A stretch of 64,000 nt of DNA from Intoshia linei (lineage: Eukaryota; Animalia; Orthonectida), in NCBI GenBank assembly GCA_001642005.1, contig LWCA01000002.1, positions 62,001 through 126,000 on the forward strand, read 5' to 3'. Below, piece after piece: positions 1 to 13,900 of the stretch. Under the pieces are notes generated by a model. The model was not told where the DNA came from and ran no database searches. It worked only from the letters and a program-made list of their open reading frames with translations. The position numbers and the translations under genes are program-made. Position 1 is the first letter of the stretch. Each line of letters starts with the position of its first letter.

Positions 1-661
1 GTTAATTCAATAAATTAAAAGTTAGTTTTATAAAAAATAATGTTGTTAATTATATAAATAAAATAAATTCTATTAATTTAGACTTTAAATTTTAGACGCT
101 GTAACTATTAAATTATATGTTGCAATAATAATAAATTACAACATATTAAATTCAAATATGACGAATGGTCATTGACCATATCAACTACAAACATGACTAT
201 ATAAATAGAGAAGATCTATAATTATAGATAATAATTTACATAATAAACACTGTACAGTAGGGTGTCACATTTTTTGGAAAATTTTAGAATTCGATGGGCA
301 ATTTAGCACTAAAAGTGTGTATTTTTAAAATAGAAAAACTAATTCGCAATCAAAAACATTTAACGCTATCTATTCAAGTTGCGTTTGACATTTTTGACAT
401 TTAACCAGAATTCGAGAAATTAAATCGTTAATAAATTTTTAAACATTTTTTTCAAAATTAATTGATACATTTTTATCGATTGCTAGTACTACGTTACCAA
501 GGCTAGTATGGCCTATTTTAATGTAAACCGTATACGATAACTACCATTTTTTGGGTTTAATGTCGAAATTTGATGCTTAGAAACCTCTAGAACTTAGAAT
601 TAGCGTCCTTACTAAAAAAATATTAGGTCAGAACCTTCACTATTAAATAATAATTTTTTAG

Positions 662-3600
662 AAAGGAGAAACTCCATTAATGATGTCCGTCATGAACAAA
701 ACGAATTGCATTTCAACTCTTATATTAAGCAAAATACCCGAAGCTTTATATGAAATTGATCAGGTTCTAAATTGTTTAAATCAGTGTTTCTCAAACTACC
801 ACCCATTTCAGAACCATATATAGGTATCTAGGGACATATCATGTTAACGGGACCATTTTTTTAATATACACTATTTATTGACTGTTAGAATTTAGTATTG
901 TATGATTTGGTTATTTTATAAAAATTAGTCCCACTATAGTATCGAATAAGTTTTATATATGCCCTGTAATTTTCAGCTGACCTAAGTCTACTTCTCTCTA
1001 TTGCAAAATTATGGGTATTTAAGCAACAATTTTTGAATGACGGCCGATGGATAAAGATATTTTTTAGTTGACTCGATAAAATAAAAATTGGTCTGTAACG
1101 GTGTGAGGATAACCATTAAAAATGTTGTAATATATTAATTAGAACCGAGAAAGTATATTCCATTTGATTTCAAAAACAGACAATTATACATTATTAGAAA
1201 GTATTCTAGACAAAATTGAATCTAAAAAGCAAATATCTGCTCTAAATAAAAATTTTGAAACGCCGTTACAAGTAGCGGTACGAAATGAATCTGAAAATGT
1301 TTTTGACTTTTTGATTAAAATCATCAACCCAAACACCTTTTCAAAAGTATAAATTAATAAATCAAAATAAAATATATTAGGATGGCAAAACACCTCTTTG
1401 TGATGCTTTAATGTCTGGAAATTTAAAGTTTATTAATGGTTTACTGGAGAATGGTGCAGACATGAATCTAGTTGATATTACTGTAATAATTTAAATAGCT
1501 TATTTAAATTCAAAATCTAATGTACACATTGATATTTTTATTACACACGTAGTATTTATTGCCGTTTCAAGGTCGAACCTTTAAAACTGGGATCCCAAAA
1601 CTAAAATAACTTAAATTAAATTAAAGTTTTTGGAATGTCTTAAATACTTTTTTGATAATATATTTTGCTTGTAAAGACTTATTAAAGACTACGTTGTAGT
1701 TACACCCGATTCAAAGATTTTTAAATTATTAACATGAAATTTAATTTTTGAAAATGGATCCTTCTCGCGGTAAACGGTTCTTTATACGAAGATTTATATG
1801 TTTAAATTAGTTATTTTAATATACATGTAGACCAAATATTCAGCAATACATGTGGTAGCCAAATATTCTACATTAGATGTCATGATTTTGCTTTTATCCC
1901 ATAATGCAGACATAAATAAAGTCAACAAGGTAAATTATTTATTTTTCGTTAGAAGAACAATGTTCATTGAACCAAGGACAGCTTAAACCTTAACTTAACT
2001 TAAACGGGTTTAAGCTGTCCTTGATTGAACATGGACGAATTTGGTTTCCAAAAATAGTCATCACGAAGCATGACCCTAAAGCTTACACCGGAAAAGTTCT
2101 GGTTCGTCTCCGGTTTTGCCTCAGGCCTGGTACGAGAACAAAATATTTTTTAAACGTTATTGGTTCGTTTGTGTGACTGTTGTTAAGTAACATAACCTGT
2201 ATGTTTCGTGTGTCAATACATTATTTAATAGTAATTATATAATTTCAATTATAGAGTAAAGAAACAGCTTTGCATTTAGCTTGCTCAAATGGTAACGTCG
2301 ATATTGCCAGATATTTATTAACAGAAAATATCAATTACAATTTAAGAGATGTGGTATTATTAGTTATTAAATTCAAAAAAATTGTCACACGGGTTTTAGC
2401 AGATTTTTCTAAAATACCCTGATTTTAAAAAATCATAGGATAGTTCTCAACAGAATTTTTTTGTGCTGCCAAGTCGGCAGTTACAAAAACATAATTTAAA
2501 AATTTTGGCTCCCAAGGTAGAAAAATCCGTCACATTGAAACCAGTATATCCTTAATATAGATGTAATTATATGTAATACACATATTATGTATACTGTTTA
2601 GAATGGAAGAATAGCATTAGATTTGGCTCTAAGGGACGATTATATTTACATTTCTAACCTAATTATTGCAGAACCCATAGCAAGAATGAAACGTAAAATG
2701 TATAAATCAGACAAAAAAATTGAATTCATCAATGTATGTTTTGTATATATGTATATTAATTATATATATTTTACTTAATAATGAAACCAGAACGACAAAA
2801 TCAGCATATGAAATCAAATGGGTTATTAATTATTTGAAATTATTTAGGATTCACAAAAATTAAGTTTACTGAAAGATTTCATCATTTTTCTGATTATTTA
2901 AGTTTTAACAATTTTTATTTAAGGGTCATAACCAGATAAAGGTTATAATGCGTTGTATACTATAATAAACTTAAATATTTCTTAACATTTTTGTTTTAAA
3001 TATCATTTTACGATTTAGACCTTTCCAATTGGTATACAAAGAATTTTTTGGTCAAAAATATGTAAAAAATTGAAACCAAAACACGTAATTGAATTGGCTG
3101 AATATTTTGGAATTAAACATGAATTAATTAGTAATATACCTTAAAATGTATAATGCTGTTGATAAAACCCATTATCACAACTCTAAAATTTCTAATGTTC
3201 CGTTATTTAGCTTTATAAATGAAAATTAGAACATTTTTTAAATTAATATACAATTATTTAACAATTTTTGACATTGATCAGAGGTGTCCAAAATGATCTA
3301 CATTACATTTATAAAATAAGATTATACTTACTATTATTAGAATTCTTGATAATTAAATGTAAATACAAAAGAATTGGAACCGTAGTTAAAGAAATTCATA
3401 TATTCTTCAGATTATCCCGAAGTTTTAAAAAAAGGGAACCTCTGATAAATTTTTAAAAATAATTATCATATATGGTGCCAACTCCTCGTTCACAATTAAC
3501 GATGGCCTCGTCACTAATTACACCATTTAATTAAATTTTAAACTCAAGACAATTAAAACACTAATAAAGTAAAGTTAATAAATTAGAAAGTGACACCAAT

Positions 3601-3848
3601 GAAGACAAATGTTTTCAAGTTTTGTTTATATGGTGGATTACAAACGAAGAATTTAGCCTGCCTATTCAAATATTGTATAAAGCGTTTGTATATCTAAATT
3701 TAAAAAAAATTGGAGGTAAATTCTTTTCACATTAGTACTCTAATATTAATATAAAAATGTAAAGCTATAATTTTGAAATTATTATTCATTGAAAATTTTA
3801 GAAAAAGTACGCAGAGAAGTGAATAAATGTACAAAAGTTTCAAATTAA
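662..3848 (+). CDS. Ankyrin-repeat and death-domain protein (ANKDD1-like), multi-exon, 5' end probably outside the window
   Basis: GT-AG exons at about 662-762, 1143-1346, 1381-1481, 1831-1929, 2256-2353, 2602-2733, 3020-3130, 3587-3716 and 3802-3848. They encode ankyrin motifs (GETPLMMS, ETPLQVAV, GKTPLCDA, ETALHLAC, GRIALDLA), then a death-domain-like segment (ELAEYFGI...KCFQVLFIWW). Stop TAA at 3846-3848. Confidence 0.75.
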
Positions 3849-6800
3849 TTTAAATTCCATTTAATAAAATCTACATCAATATTGACACATTTAGATTTAT
3901 GGAAATTGAATGTACTATACAAGTCGTAATTCAATTTTGCCAACACATTTCCAGTTAAATTATATTGTACAGCCTTTTTTATTAAATGCTAAATTATAGA
4001 ATTGTAAATAAAATTTTAAATCAAACCTTCGTTGTTGTACTTTTGTGCAATGAATATATACTTTTCGGGTTTAAATCTGCTGCAAATTTCAAAAAAAGCA
4101 AATCTATTCCTACGTAATGATTAAATATAATTAGAAGATATTTTACTGCCAATAGGGACAACACATCCACATCATCATTCCAAACAACGAATTAGACGTT
4201 AATATCCTAAGATTAGTGTTTCTCAACCTTGTTTACGTTGGGATAATAATTATTATTATAATACAATTTGAAATTTTTTATTGGAGGAGTATTAATTTAA
4301 TCATTAAAAACTAATTGTTTTCAAAACAAAAAATGTAAAGTAACAGAAGGACATTCAATTTTTATTAGATTTATATTTGTAATGACTTATATTATTTTGA
4401 GGGGTGAAGTTAAATTTATATTCAAAACAACAGCTTTTTAATTTATTCAAAGATTTAGTTATTAACTATTGTTGGTCGTAAACTTTTTCTACATATTAAT
4501 TTTTTAATGAACGTGCCGGTTAGAAACACTGTTCCGGACATAAAGATTGTAAAATGAAAAAATTGAATTTACTGGAAAAGTGAATATACATTAATATATA
4601 TAGTACATATAAAATATAACAGATACTGTAGTAAGAATGAAAAAATACCTTTAACTTTAGTACCAAAAGGAGGGTTCATAATAACAATAGGGTTTACATT
4701 AGATCTAAATTTCGAATTGAAGCTGGAATCACCAATGTCCATTTGAATAAATTCAGTAGGGACGTTTAGATCATTAAAATTATTCTGAGCAATTTCTAAG
4801 CAATCATGATCAATATCAATTCCGTAGATCATTTCAGCTAATATAAAATAATAAATAATAGTGTTCAAATAACATAATAATATAAAAACAAATAGGGGCA
4901 AACTGAGACAGGAGTGGGTTAAACACAAGAAAGCACATTTGTTGAATAAATCACGAAAGGTCGTTGATTTGAGCGCTATTGCGTTTAAGATTAAATATGT
5001 TGTCTAGAAATTTCAACATGTTTTGTCTCAAGGCCAGCCGCACCGATGAATCGAACATGACATTAACGTGAACTTATTTCAATGTTGGTACATTCTTTTA
5101 TCCAAAAAATATTTTTAAATAATTAAATCTATTAATTATTGATAAAAGAAGTTTTTTGTGTGTGCATTAGTTAACATATATTCGACAACATATGTAAAGT
5201 AAAAGTATCTGTCGTACAGTTATTACATTTAATTTAAGCCTTAACATCCACATTATCATAATTATACATTACTTATTATCATCATGGCGCACGATTTAAA
5301 TAATATTAATTACGATTATGATTTATTATTATTATATTAATAATTCATTAATTAATTCTTGTCCATGGGATGAGTACTAATTTTGTTACTGACATTGAAA
5401 ATATATTGGAAGGCACGCAATTCAGGGTACTATTTAGGTATGAGTACTAAATAGGTTATGGAGTAGTCACTTAAAGGAAACCTTAGCTAATCAAAGTAGC
5501 ATTATAACTACTGAAAAAATTGAAAGCGTCCCCGAATTGAATACGAGAATTCAGGGGGTAATAATCATAAGTTGAAAAAAAAAATCGATTGTTTGCAATT
5601 AAACTTCTAAAAGAGACCTCTAATTCTATAAAAAATGTATATATATTATTGGAGTTTTATTTGTGAAATAGGTTATGAAAATTAATGATAGAATAATATC
5701 AGAATGTAGAAAAATTCTATTATTCGTTGAAAATTACCCTTGTCACTGCAGTGAATTTGTAAATTCGTCATTGCAAGTTTTAACGAATGCTAAATTAATT
5801 TTTTTCCCTAAATATATTGCTTAGAAACGAAAATTTAAAAAAAATATATATAAAAATTGTGTGACTGAACAGTAAATAAATTGAGACATAACGTTTATTA
5901 TAAATACGAGTAATTGCTGAAAATGAAATATATAAATTTATTTATTGCTAAAATTAATGTTTTTACAAATTTCAATGTCGTTTAACAAATTTTTATGAAT
6001 ATAAGAACATTTTTCCTTTGAATTTTCTCAAAGTAAAATAACAGATTTTAATGTTTTTTAACTAAGGTTGGTAATATGTTCTGTCCAATAATTATTAGTA
6101 ACACTAAATACTCTTTCTACATATGTATTTGAGCAATTTAAAGAATAATAAATCTGAATTAATTTTTTGAATCCATTAGTATCGATATTATCACACAAAT
6201 CCTTCCAAGGAGGAATAGTAACAGAATTTTTTAAACATAAATCAACTGCAACAAATTCATTGAACATTTCATCTCGATTTATCTAGTTAATTAAATTTAT
6301 TTTGTTATAAATTGTGATACATTTTTGTATGTTGATCCAATTAACTTGACTATATTAAAATATATACTATAGATACGTAAAAATAAGTAAAAGTTATAAA
6401 TAACAAAATTTGTAATATAAAATTTAAATTCATAACTTTATTTAGTACGTTAAAAGTACGTTATTGGCACTGTGCCAATAACGTATTTTTTATAAAATAA
6501 CGTACTTATGGTTGCATTAATTAAACAGGAATATCGGAAATGTTTAGTCATTGACTTGTTTTTTGAGGATATACTAAAAAAAATTAATGAAGGCGTTGAA
6601 AATGAAGATTCCTCTAATTGTATTAACTTAATGAACGAAACTGAAATTAACCCTGCAAATTTAAATGATTTTTTTGAAGAAGTATTTCCCAATACGTATT
6701 TGGTTCATTGTATGGCTCATACGCTAGATTTATGCGTTTTCATTTATTCCAATTTTATAAAATGACGCGACAATATTAATTTTAAATTATATGCATTAAT

Positions 6801-9225
6801 TTTATATTTGTTACAAATTTTTATAACATTTTACTATGATAATAAAGTTTAATTTTAATTTTTTAGGGAAAAATTTCGATGTCAAGTGGCCGGAGTCCAA
6901 ACTCAACCAATTTGAATAATTTTTTCAGGAAAATGATCACCAATAATCCTGATGGTGAAATATACTTTTTGATCTTTGAATATGGTGATCACCCTAATGC
7001 ACACTAGTATTTATATACATCAGGGGTCGATTTGATTAAAACTAATTAAATTTTATTAAAAAATATAAAAATACATTTAAAATTTAAATGTAATTTGAAT
7101 TTCAATGAAATACAAAATATTATATTATGCAATATCACCAACAAAATATGAGTGATAAATAATGATTAAATTATGTTAATTATACTTCTCAATTTTTTAT
7201 TGTATATATAAAGATTCATTAATTTTTTTTGTAAATTTATTTGAATTGATTAAAGATTATTCTGATGTCATCTGCAAATAAAAAATGTCAATATTATCAA
7301 CAATATTTAAATATGGGATTCATACCCTCTCCATCTAATCCAATGTGCTTATTATGCAAAAAAATATTTAACAATGATGCTATGAAGCCTTCTAAGATCC
7401 AAGATCACTTTTATCGATTCCATCCAAATAAATGTGAAAAAAATGATGATTTCAAAATATCAAAAAGAGTATGAAACCTTAAACAAAATTCCAAATTTTT
7501 TAAAACATTGCATAGTTACAAAACTAATTCGTGGATTAAAGGCGTCCTACAATATATCTTTATTAATTGCTAAACTTGGTAAACCTAATAATATTGCTGA
7601 AAATTTAATATTACCTACTTTAAAAGAAGTCGTTACCAATGTTATGAACCAAAATTACGTTACCTTAAGTTCTTCAACTGTTAAGAGACGTATTGACCAA
7701 ATGGCTGATAATGTTGAAAAAATTTTAATAAAAAAATTAAAAACTTGCAAATTTTCTCTTCAACTGGATGAATCTATTTTTAAAAGTGAGAATATATTGA
7801 TGTCATATGTAAGTCCAAACAACAAATAATTGACGAATTTTTATTTGCAAAATACTTAACTAGTGATTCAAGAGGAATAACGATATTTAATACTGTTAAA
7901 CAATATTTTATTATGAATGATATACCCATTGAAAACATATGTGCAGTTGCGACAGATGGTTCTCCGTAAATGGTTGGACGGTACAGAGGGTTTGCTTCAT
8001 TATTAAAAGAAAAAACCCCAACGTTTGCTCAATTCATTGCGTGATACATAGAAATCACCTTGTAGCTTATAAATTTAAGTAGTACATTAAACAATTCATT
8101 AAATATTTTCGTAAAAAATATTAACAAAATTAAAAGCAGACCACTAAACAGTCGATTAGTCTCTCTGTTGTGTAAAGAAAACAATGAACAATACACAAAT
8201 TTACTTCTACACACAGAGATAAGATGGTTGTCCAAGGAAAATTTTCTAGGGAGACTTGTTGAATTATTCCACTCAACTGTAACTTTTCTAGAAATATATG
8301 AACCTTCCCTCTGTGAAACATTAATTAATAATAAACACAATTTATATTATCTGTCTGATTTGTATGCAAAATTTAATATCATTCAAAAAAGGCTTCAAGG
8401 AAAAAATGCAACAATTTTAGAATGTCAAACGATTCTTATAGGTTTTAAAATAAGTTTGGGGTGCTAACTTTGATGATACATTATTTGACTATAATATAAA
8501 TATTGAAGAAGATACAATTAATAAAACAAAGGCCAGTACGACTAAAAAGAATATGCCTCAATATTTGAATGATTATTTACTGTCATCTCCTTAAAGTATT
8601 ATCTTATAATATATTCAAAAAGGGGAAGTACGTTGTATCTAGGATACAATATGTATTGTATTAATAAACGTATCATTGAAACTGCTGATCAGAACAGGCA
8701 TCCACATGCAAAATGGGTTTTTCTAATAAAAAAAAGTGGACACTTTACTGTACAGTTCAATGTATCTATGTTTATAATTACGGTTATATAAAGATGCCAC
8801 TGCAGATAAGAGTCCAGTTCCACAGCCCAAATCAAATATAATAGAATCTCCAATTTCGTCATTATAATTAATCATTTCGATCATTGGTACTAAATTAAGA
8901 ATACATAATTAATTTTCGTTTGGTGGCGTGAAAATTTTGAGTGACTATTGGAGTTAATTTAACTTTATTAAAAAGGAATTAAAATAGCAAAAAAAAAAAG
9001 AATTGTAGAATTTAGAAATATTTTTTGAAAATGCACTGTGAATTTAAAAAATGCTATTTTTAACAGTGACAATTTAGAGTTTCTCAAAAATTTGGACATA
9101 CAAGTTATTATAAAATAAAACATACTTGATAAATGTGAAGGTGTTTCATATTGTTCTAATTTATATTTTGGAGTTTGAAATGTCTCAAAATTGGACAAAA
9201 AACTTTCAATTTCCTTCTTTTTCAT
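3845..9225 (-). CDS. METTL5: rRNA N6-adenosine methyltransferase METTL5, 5 exons
   Basis: Exons 9225-9126, 8889-8782, 4837-4649, 4109-4027 and 3988-3845 splice in frame. Motifs: KLEQYETP, DLGCGTG (SAM binding), GIDID, MNPPFGTK, YSLHKSTT, FHKSKCVNIDVD. Confidence 0.92.
6058..6765. mobile_element. Degenerate hAT transposase fragments in METTL5 intron 2
   Basis: Minus ORF 6058-6267 carries SNTYVERVFS (hAT C-terminal motif). Plus ORF 6508-6765 carries VHCMAHTLDL (hAT CxxH motif). Confidence 0.6.
7021..8467 (+). mobile_element. hAT Buster/Charlie (ZBED5/SCAND3-type) transposon, frameshifted and 3'-truncated
   Basis: CAGGGGTC terminus at 7021. Broken ORFs 7265-8467 carry a BED finger (PMCLLC...MKPSKIQDHF), FSLQLDES, ATDG and LLLHTEIRWLS. 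Confidence 0.85.
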
Positions 9226-9491
9226 GTACTGTTAGTGTATTACAAGGACCTTTTCTAGCTTAGCACCGTAACATTGAAATTGAAAAATAATTTTATTGAT
9301 TTCGTTGTAACTAGGTGAATTAATTTATTTTGAATTTTTACCGTTACATTTAGTAAATACGTATCTGCTGTAATAAATTTTAAGCCGCAAATTTTTATTC
9401 GTCATCATAGATAAGTACAGTAGAATCTCTTTAATTTAAAGTCAATTTCATTGAATAATTCTTAGTTGTAAACCTCATAATTTCTTTTCAT

Positions 9492-9967
9492 ATACAAGGT
9501 GTACCATTTAGAACAGTGCACTTGTTAAAACATTTCATATTATGAGTGCACTGACGAAATAAAGAACAAATCATCTGTATAAAACAAGTTCATATTAATT
9601 TTTTGAAATGTTAACCACGAGTGAAAAAATATTTCTTGTCTAGCTATTAATCGAGTTTAAAACATGCCATACTTCATTTATATCCATGAATTGGTTAAAT
9701 CAAAAATTCGACGAAAAAATAATATCAAAAAGTATATGGTCACCAAAGTCTCCTGATCTAACGACATGTGATTTTTATTTGTGGGGAACAATAAAATCTA
9801 AAATTTATAAAAATTTCCCTTCAAATATAGAATCTGTAAAAACCAATATCATTAATAGTATTAACTCAATTGGCACTCAAGAATTAGCTAATGTTTATAA
9901 CAATTTCCTTAAACATATTGATTTATGTATCCAATTTGATGGTGATCATTTTGAACATTTAATGTAA
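9492..9967 (+). mobile_element. Tc1/mariner-superfamily transposase C-terminal remnant
   Basis: WSPKSPDLTTCDFYLWG...GDHFEHL in ORF 9686-9967. A TA-CAAGGTG-type terminus lies near 9493. Confidence 0.8.
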
Positions 9968-10039
9968 ATTAAATAATTTTAAGTTTCTAATTTTTTCCTA
10001 AATACTATAGATAATGTAGTTTTAAAATAAATTTCGTTA

Positions 10040-10520
10040 AATTCTTTTAAAATGAGTATTTGAGAATGAAAAATTGCGTAGCAATGATATAAAATCCGAA
10101 GGAATGAATTATATAAATTTTCACCCATATTTTTTTATTGAAAATATGTTGACGTTCTATGCACATTTTTTTTGAAATTGTAGGATCAATATTTACATTT
10201 TCAATTCTTATTTTAATCAAAATGTATTTGAAAAATATTGTTTGATAATATATTAAAAACTATTTTTCATCGGAAATGCGTAGATTTCTGTGGTTCAAAT
10301 TTTGTATTTATATTAACTGGAATAAGCTCTATCAGAATAATCTTTTTTTTAATTTTCGGAGCGTTAATTATTTCACATTTTTTGTTTTAATAAAATATAA
10401 GAATACTAAAATGCTTTCTTGACCGTGATGGCGTCACTTCTTCAGATTGAAATTTGTGTGTCTTAACAGGATACAACTGTACCATCTGTAAAATCTAGGG
10501 CTGTTTTCATTTAAAAAAAA
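10040..10520. repeat. Dispersed repeat of about 0.5 kb, second copy at about 20800-21290
   Basis: Long near-identical blocks shared between the copies, e.g. ttttgttttaataaaatataagaatactaaaatgcttt and ttaacaggatacaactgtacca. Confidence 0.8.
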
Positions 10521-10941
10521 ATGGTAATGTAGTTTTTTGATAGTGAAAATTATCTTTTTTGAAGTTTCCATTATGATAATGCTAATCATTTTAAAACGCG
10601 TCCCAGAGTGTATGTTTTATTAAATTTTTGGACTGATTTTTTTTATACAAAAGGTAACATTGGGTTTTTGACCATGAAGGACTCAAATTCTGAAACTGAA
10701 AAATAGATAATTACACGCTCTGGAAAAAACTGTATTAGAAAATGTATTTTTTAACTCCTGCAAACTGTCACATACACACACAGAAAAACACAGAGTTTTA
10801 TATAAGTAATGATTACCATTTAGAATCTTTTTTGTTTTGCTCATAGTAGCGGTGGCCCCTATTGATTCGCATTAACATAAAATTAAAGTAACTTTATTAA
10901 GTAATTATAATAATATTTATTACAAAAAAAATGTACATAAT

Positions 10942-13900
10942 TTATAAAATAGTGTATTTGAAAATACACATTATTCCAGCACTAAGCAAAACTGTGACAG
11001 GAAGAGTTAAAAACCATCCAAATAAAATTTTGGTAAACAGTTTCCATTTGATGCGTTTGTCTGCCGTGAATTTACTAATAGCAACAATAGATCCAACCTT
11101 ACCTAAATTAATTAACAACATAACAAAATAAAAAGTACAATGAGTTGAACTAATTGGCAATCCTATATTTGAAGCTACTAGAACAGTAATGGCGGATCCA
11201 ATTTCTATACAAAATCCACTTTCAGTAGTAATATTGGTAATTTTCTTTCCTACAGTTTCAATAACTCTAGCTCCAAAAATCCATAGACCTAAAGCTACGC
11301 CTATAGAGCCGTAAAATAAAATCCAAATTGGAGTTTGATGTTTTGCCTGGAGAGTATTTGTATTTGTACTTAACACTTCCCATATACTAGCTAACGGACT
11401 TATGGAATTACTAAAAAATAGTCAAGTAAAAAAAAATCAATTTAAACAATCATTACCTTATGTCATTAGCTCCATGAGCAAATGACGCAAAAATCGCAGT
11501 CATGATTTGCAATGCCAAAAATATCTTGTGTTGTATTTTATCATTTTGAATTTTTCGAAGGTTTGTCTAGGTTGAAATGTTAAGATACATCTCATCTGTA
11601 TCGAAAAAAATGACCACTGGTTGTATTCAGTCACATGTAAATAGGCCGTAACCCACTGAGTGAGGATTCGAGAAATTTATAATTTAAAATCAATTTTTTT
11701 AAATTTGAGAATTTTAAATAAAATTTTAAAAAACCTATTTTTGTGGTGCCCATTGTAACAAGTAAGGAGTTTTTACTTATATAATCCTTATAGTAATCCA
11801 TATAGTGACTATATTATAGTCCTTACTAAGGAGTCCTAGTAAGGACTAATGTCACAAAATCTAATGAAGATCGTATGACAAAGTTGAGTTAACATTGTTG
11901 GCATTATGCTGAATTTAATAAAATGTTATATACTTTTATTTCTGATTCTTTTTCTTGGACTAAGGCAATTCCCGGATCTTCAGTAATATTTGTAATTTCT
12001 AAAACAAATTATTATTTTCAATTATCATTTACGAGTGCTGTTATCAGGTGCCGATTCAAGGTTCATTTCTAAAGTTTAAATTTAAATTATGAAATAAAGA
12101 TTACAGAAACCTTGTTTGGGTTTATTTTTGGAAAGCGTTTATATAAACAGATGGTTAACTCAAACAGGATCGGAATTTAACACACAGCCGAACCCAAAAC
12201 ACCCATACACATCCTCTTGTGGGTCAACGTAATTTTTTTAAAATTTGGGACTCATTTTTCCAATTTGAGCCTTACAAAAATTATATTTCTGAATATTATA
12301 ATCATTTTGTATCAAATTATGACTTCAAGCCCAGAGTTTGGACTCCGGACAAGTGGATATGATTATATGACATTACGTATAAATTTTGAATATTTTATAG
12401 AGGCTTAATAATATTTTCAGGGCTTCGAGATAGGTAGGTTAGGCTCTGCATTAATAAAAATTTGAAAATACCTTTAATTTTCTTTTTGTAATATCTTACA
12501 AGCACCAGCCTTATTAGTATCGCTGTAATTATAGCTGCACCCGTAGCAATGACATATGGTAACCAATGTGTTAAATTATCAATATGCATCCCTATATAAA
12601 AATGTTATAATTAACAAAATAAAATTAATCAAGTCACTTTGTATAAACTTTATAATTATAAAGTTAATTAATATAATTATAAACTTGATTATAATCAAAT
12701 TAAAATAAATTACAATTTGGTGGACTGTAGAATATAGAAAAACTATTAATCCATAAAGGAAGTGCATATATAAACGGTAACGCTATCAGCAATATAGGTA
12801 TGCGATTAATCTACAAATGTAAATAATTAAAAGATATAATATTATATGCAACATGTAATATTTATCATTTTTTTATACAAGTCTTCATTACAACTGTTTA
12901 AATTTAAATAAAAAATTAATCGATATCATTTTATTATTCGAATTTTTTAATCTACCAGTAGAAATCAAACAATGTGCAATGTAGTTGCAAATTCTTAACT
13001 TTAAAAGTTTTGTTTAAGATAAAAATTAATTTCGTCATGTTACCGGTAGTTTGGTTCTTTGGGTCACTGATTTAAGCAATGAATATGAAAATTACCCTAG
13101 TTAAAATTCCATAATAAATTATGCCATAGAAAATGAGGGTCAAGAAGCCAGAAATGATTGGAGAAGTAATCCACGATATTGCTATATTAATAACGGCTGT
13201 CCAATTAATTCCATTAAAACCATTTATAGCCAACGAATAACCTAGCGTTGCTCCAACAATGCTGTGCGAACCTGAAACAGGTAAACCACATAATGTTGCT
13301 ATTATCATCCATGTAAAACCACCTAAACATTATATATTAATTAATAATATCATGTAATACAATCTAACCGAGTGGTTCCCAAACGGTGTGGTGCGCCGCG
13401 ACGATTTAGTGCAGTGATCGATAAAGGTGTATTTTCGTGTTAAAAATACAGACTTGACGTATTTTTAAAATACTTTAAAAAAATAATTACAAACAGTCAA
13501 AATAAACTTAATAAATTAACATTTTGTGTCAAAGTTCGTTCCACACTAGGGCTATCCCAATTTGGACTTTTTTTCAAATTTAAAAAAAACATGTATAATA
13601 AGATATGTAAATAGACAATAATCTCCATTTCATTTGCTGCAGAATGATATAAATATTTTTTTGTTTTCCTCACAAAAAACCCCTGCGTCTATACCTTTTT
13701 CTGTTTTCCTAACATTTTTCATAGTAAAAAAATATGGCAACATTTTTTCATCGTAGTTTCCATGCATTTGGTATAATTTTGAGATATAACATAGATCATG
13801 TGACACTAATCATATTAATTCAAAAAATTAAAAAAAAATCGCATATTTTAGACACAATTTACAGACAAACTGTTTATCATTTTCAAAAAAATCATATAAT

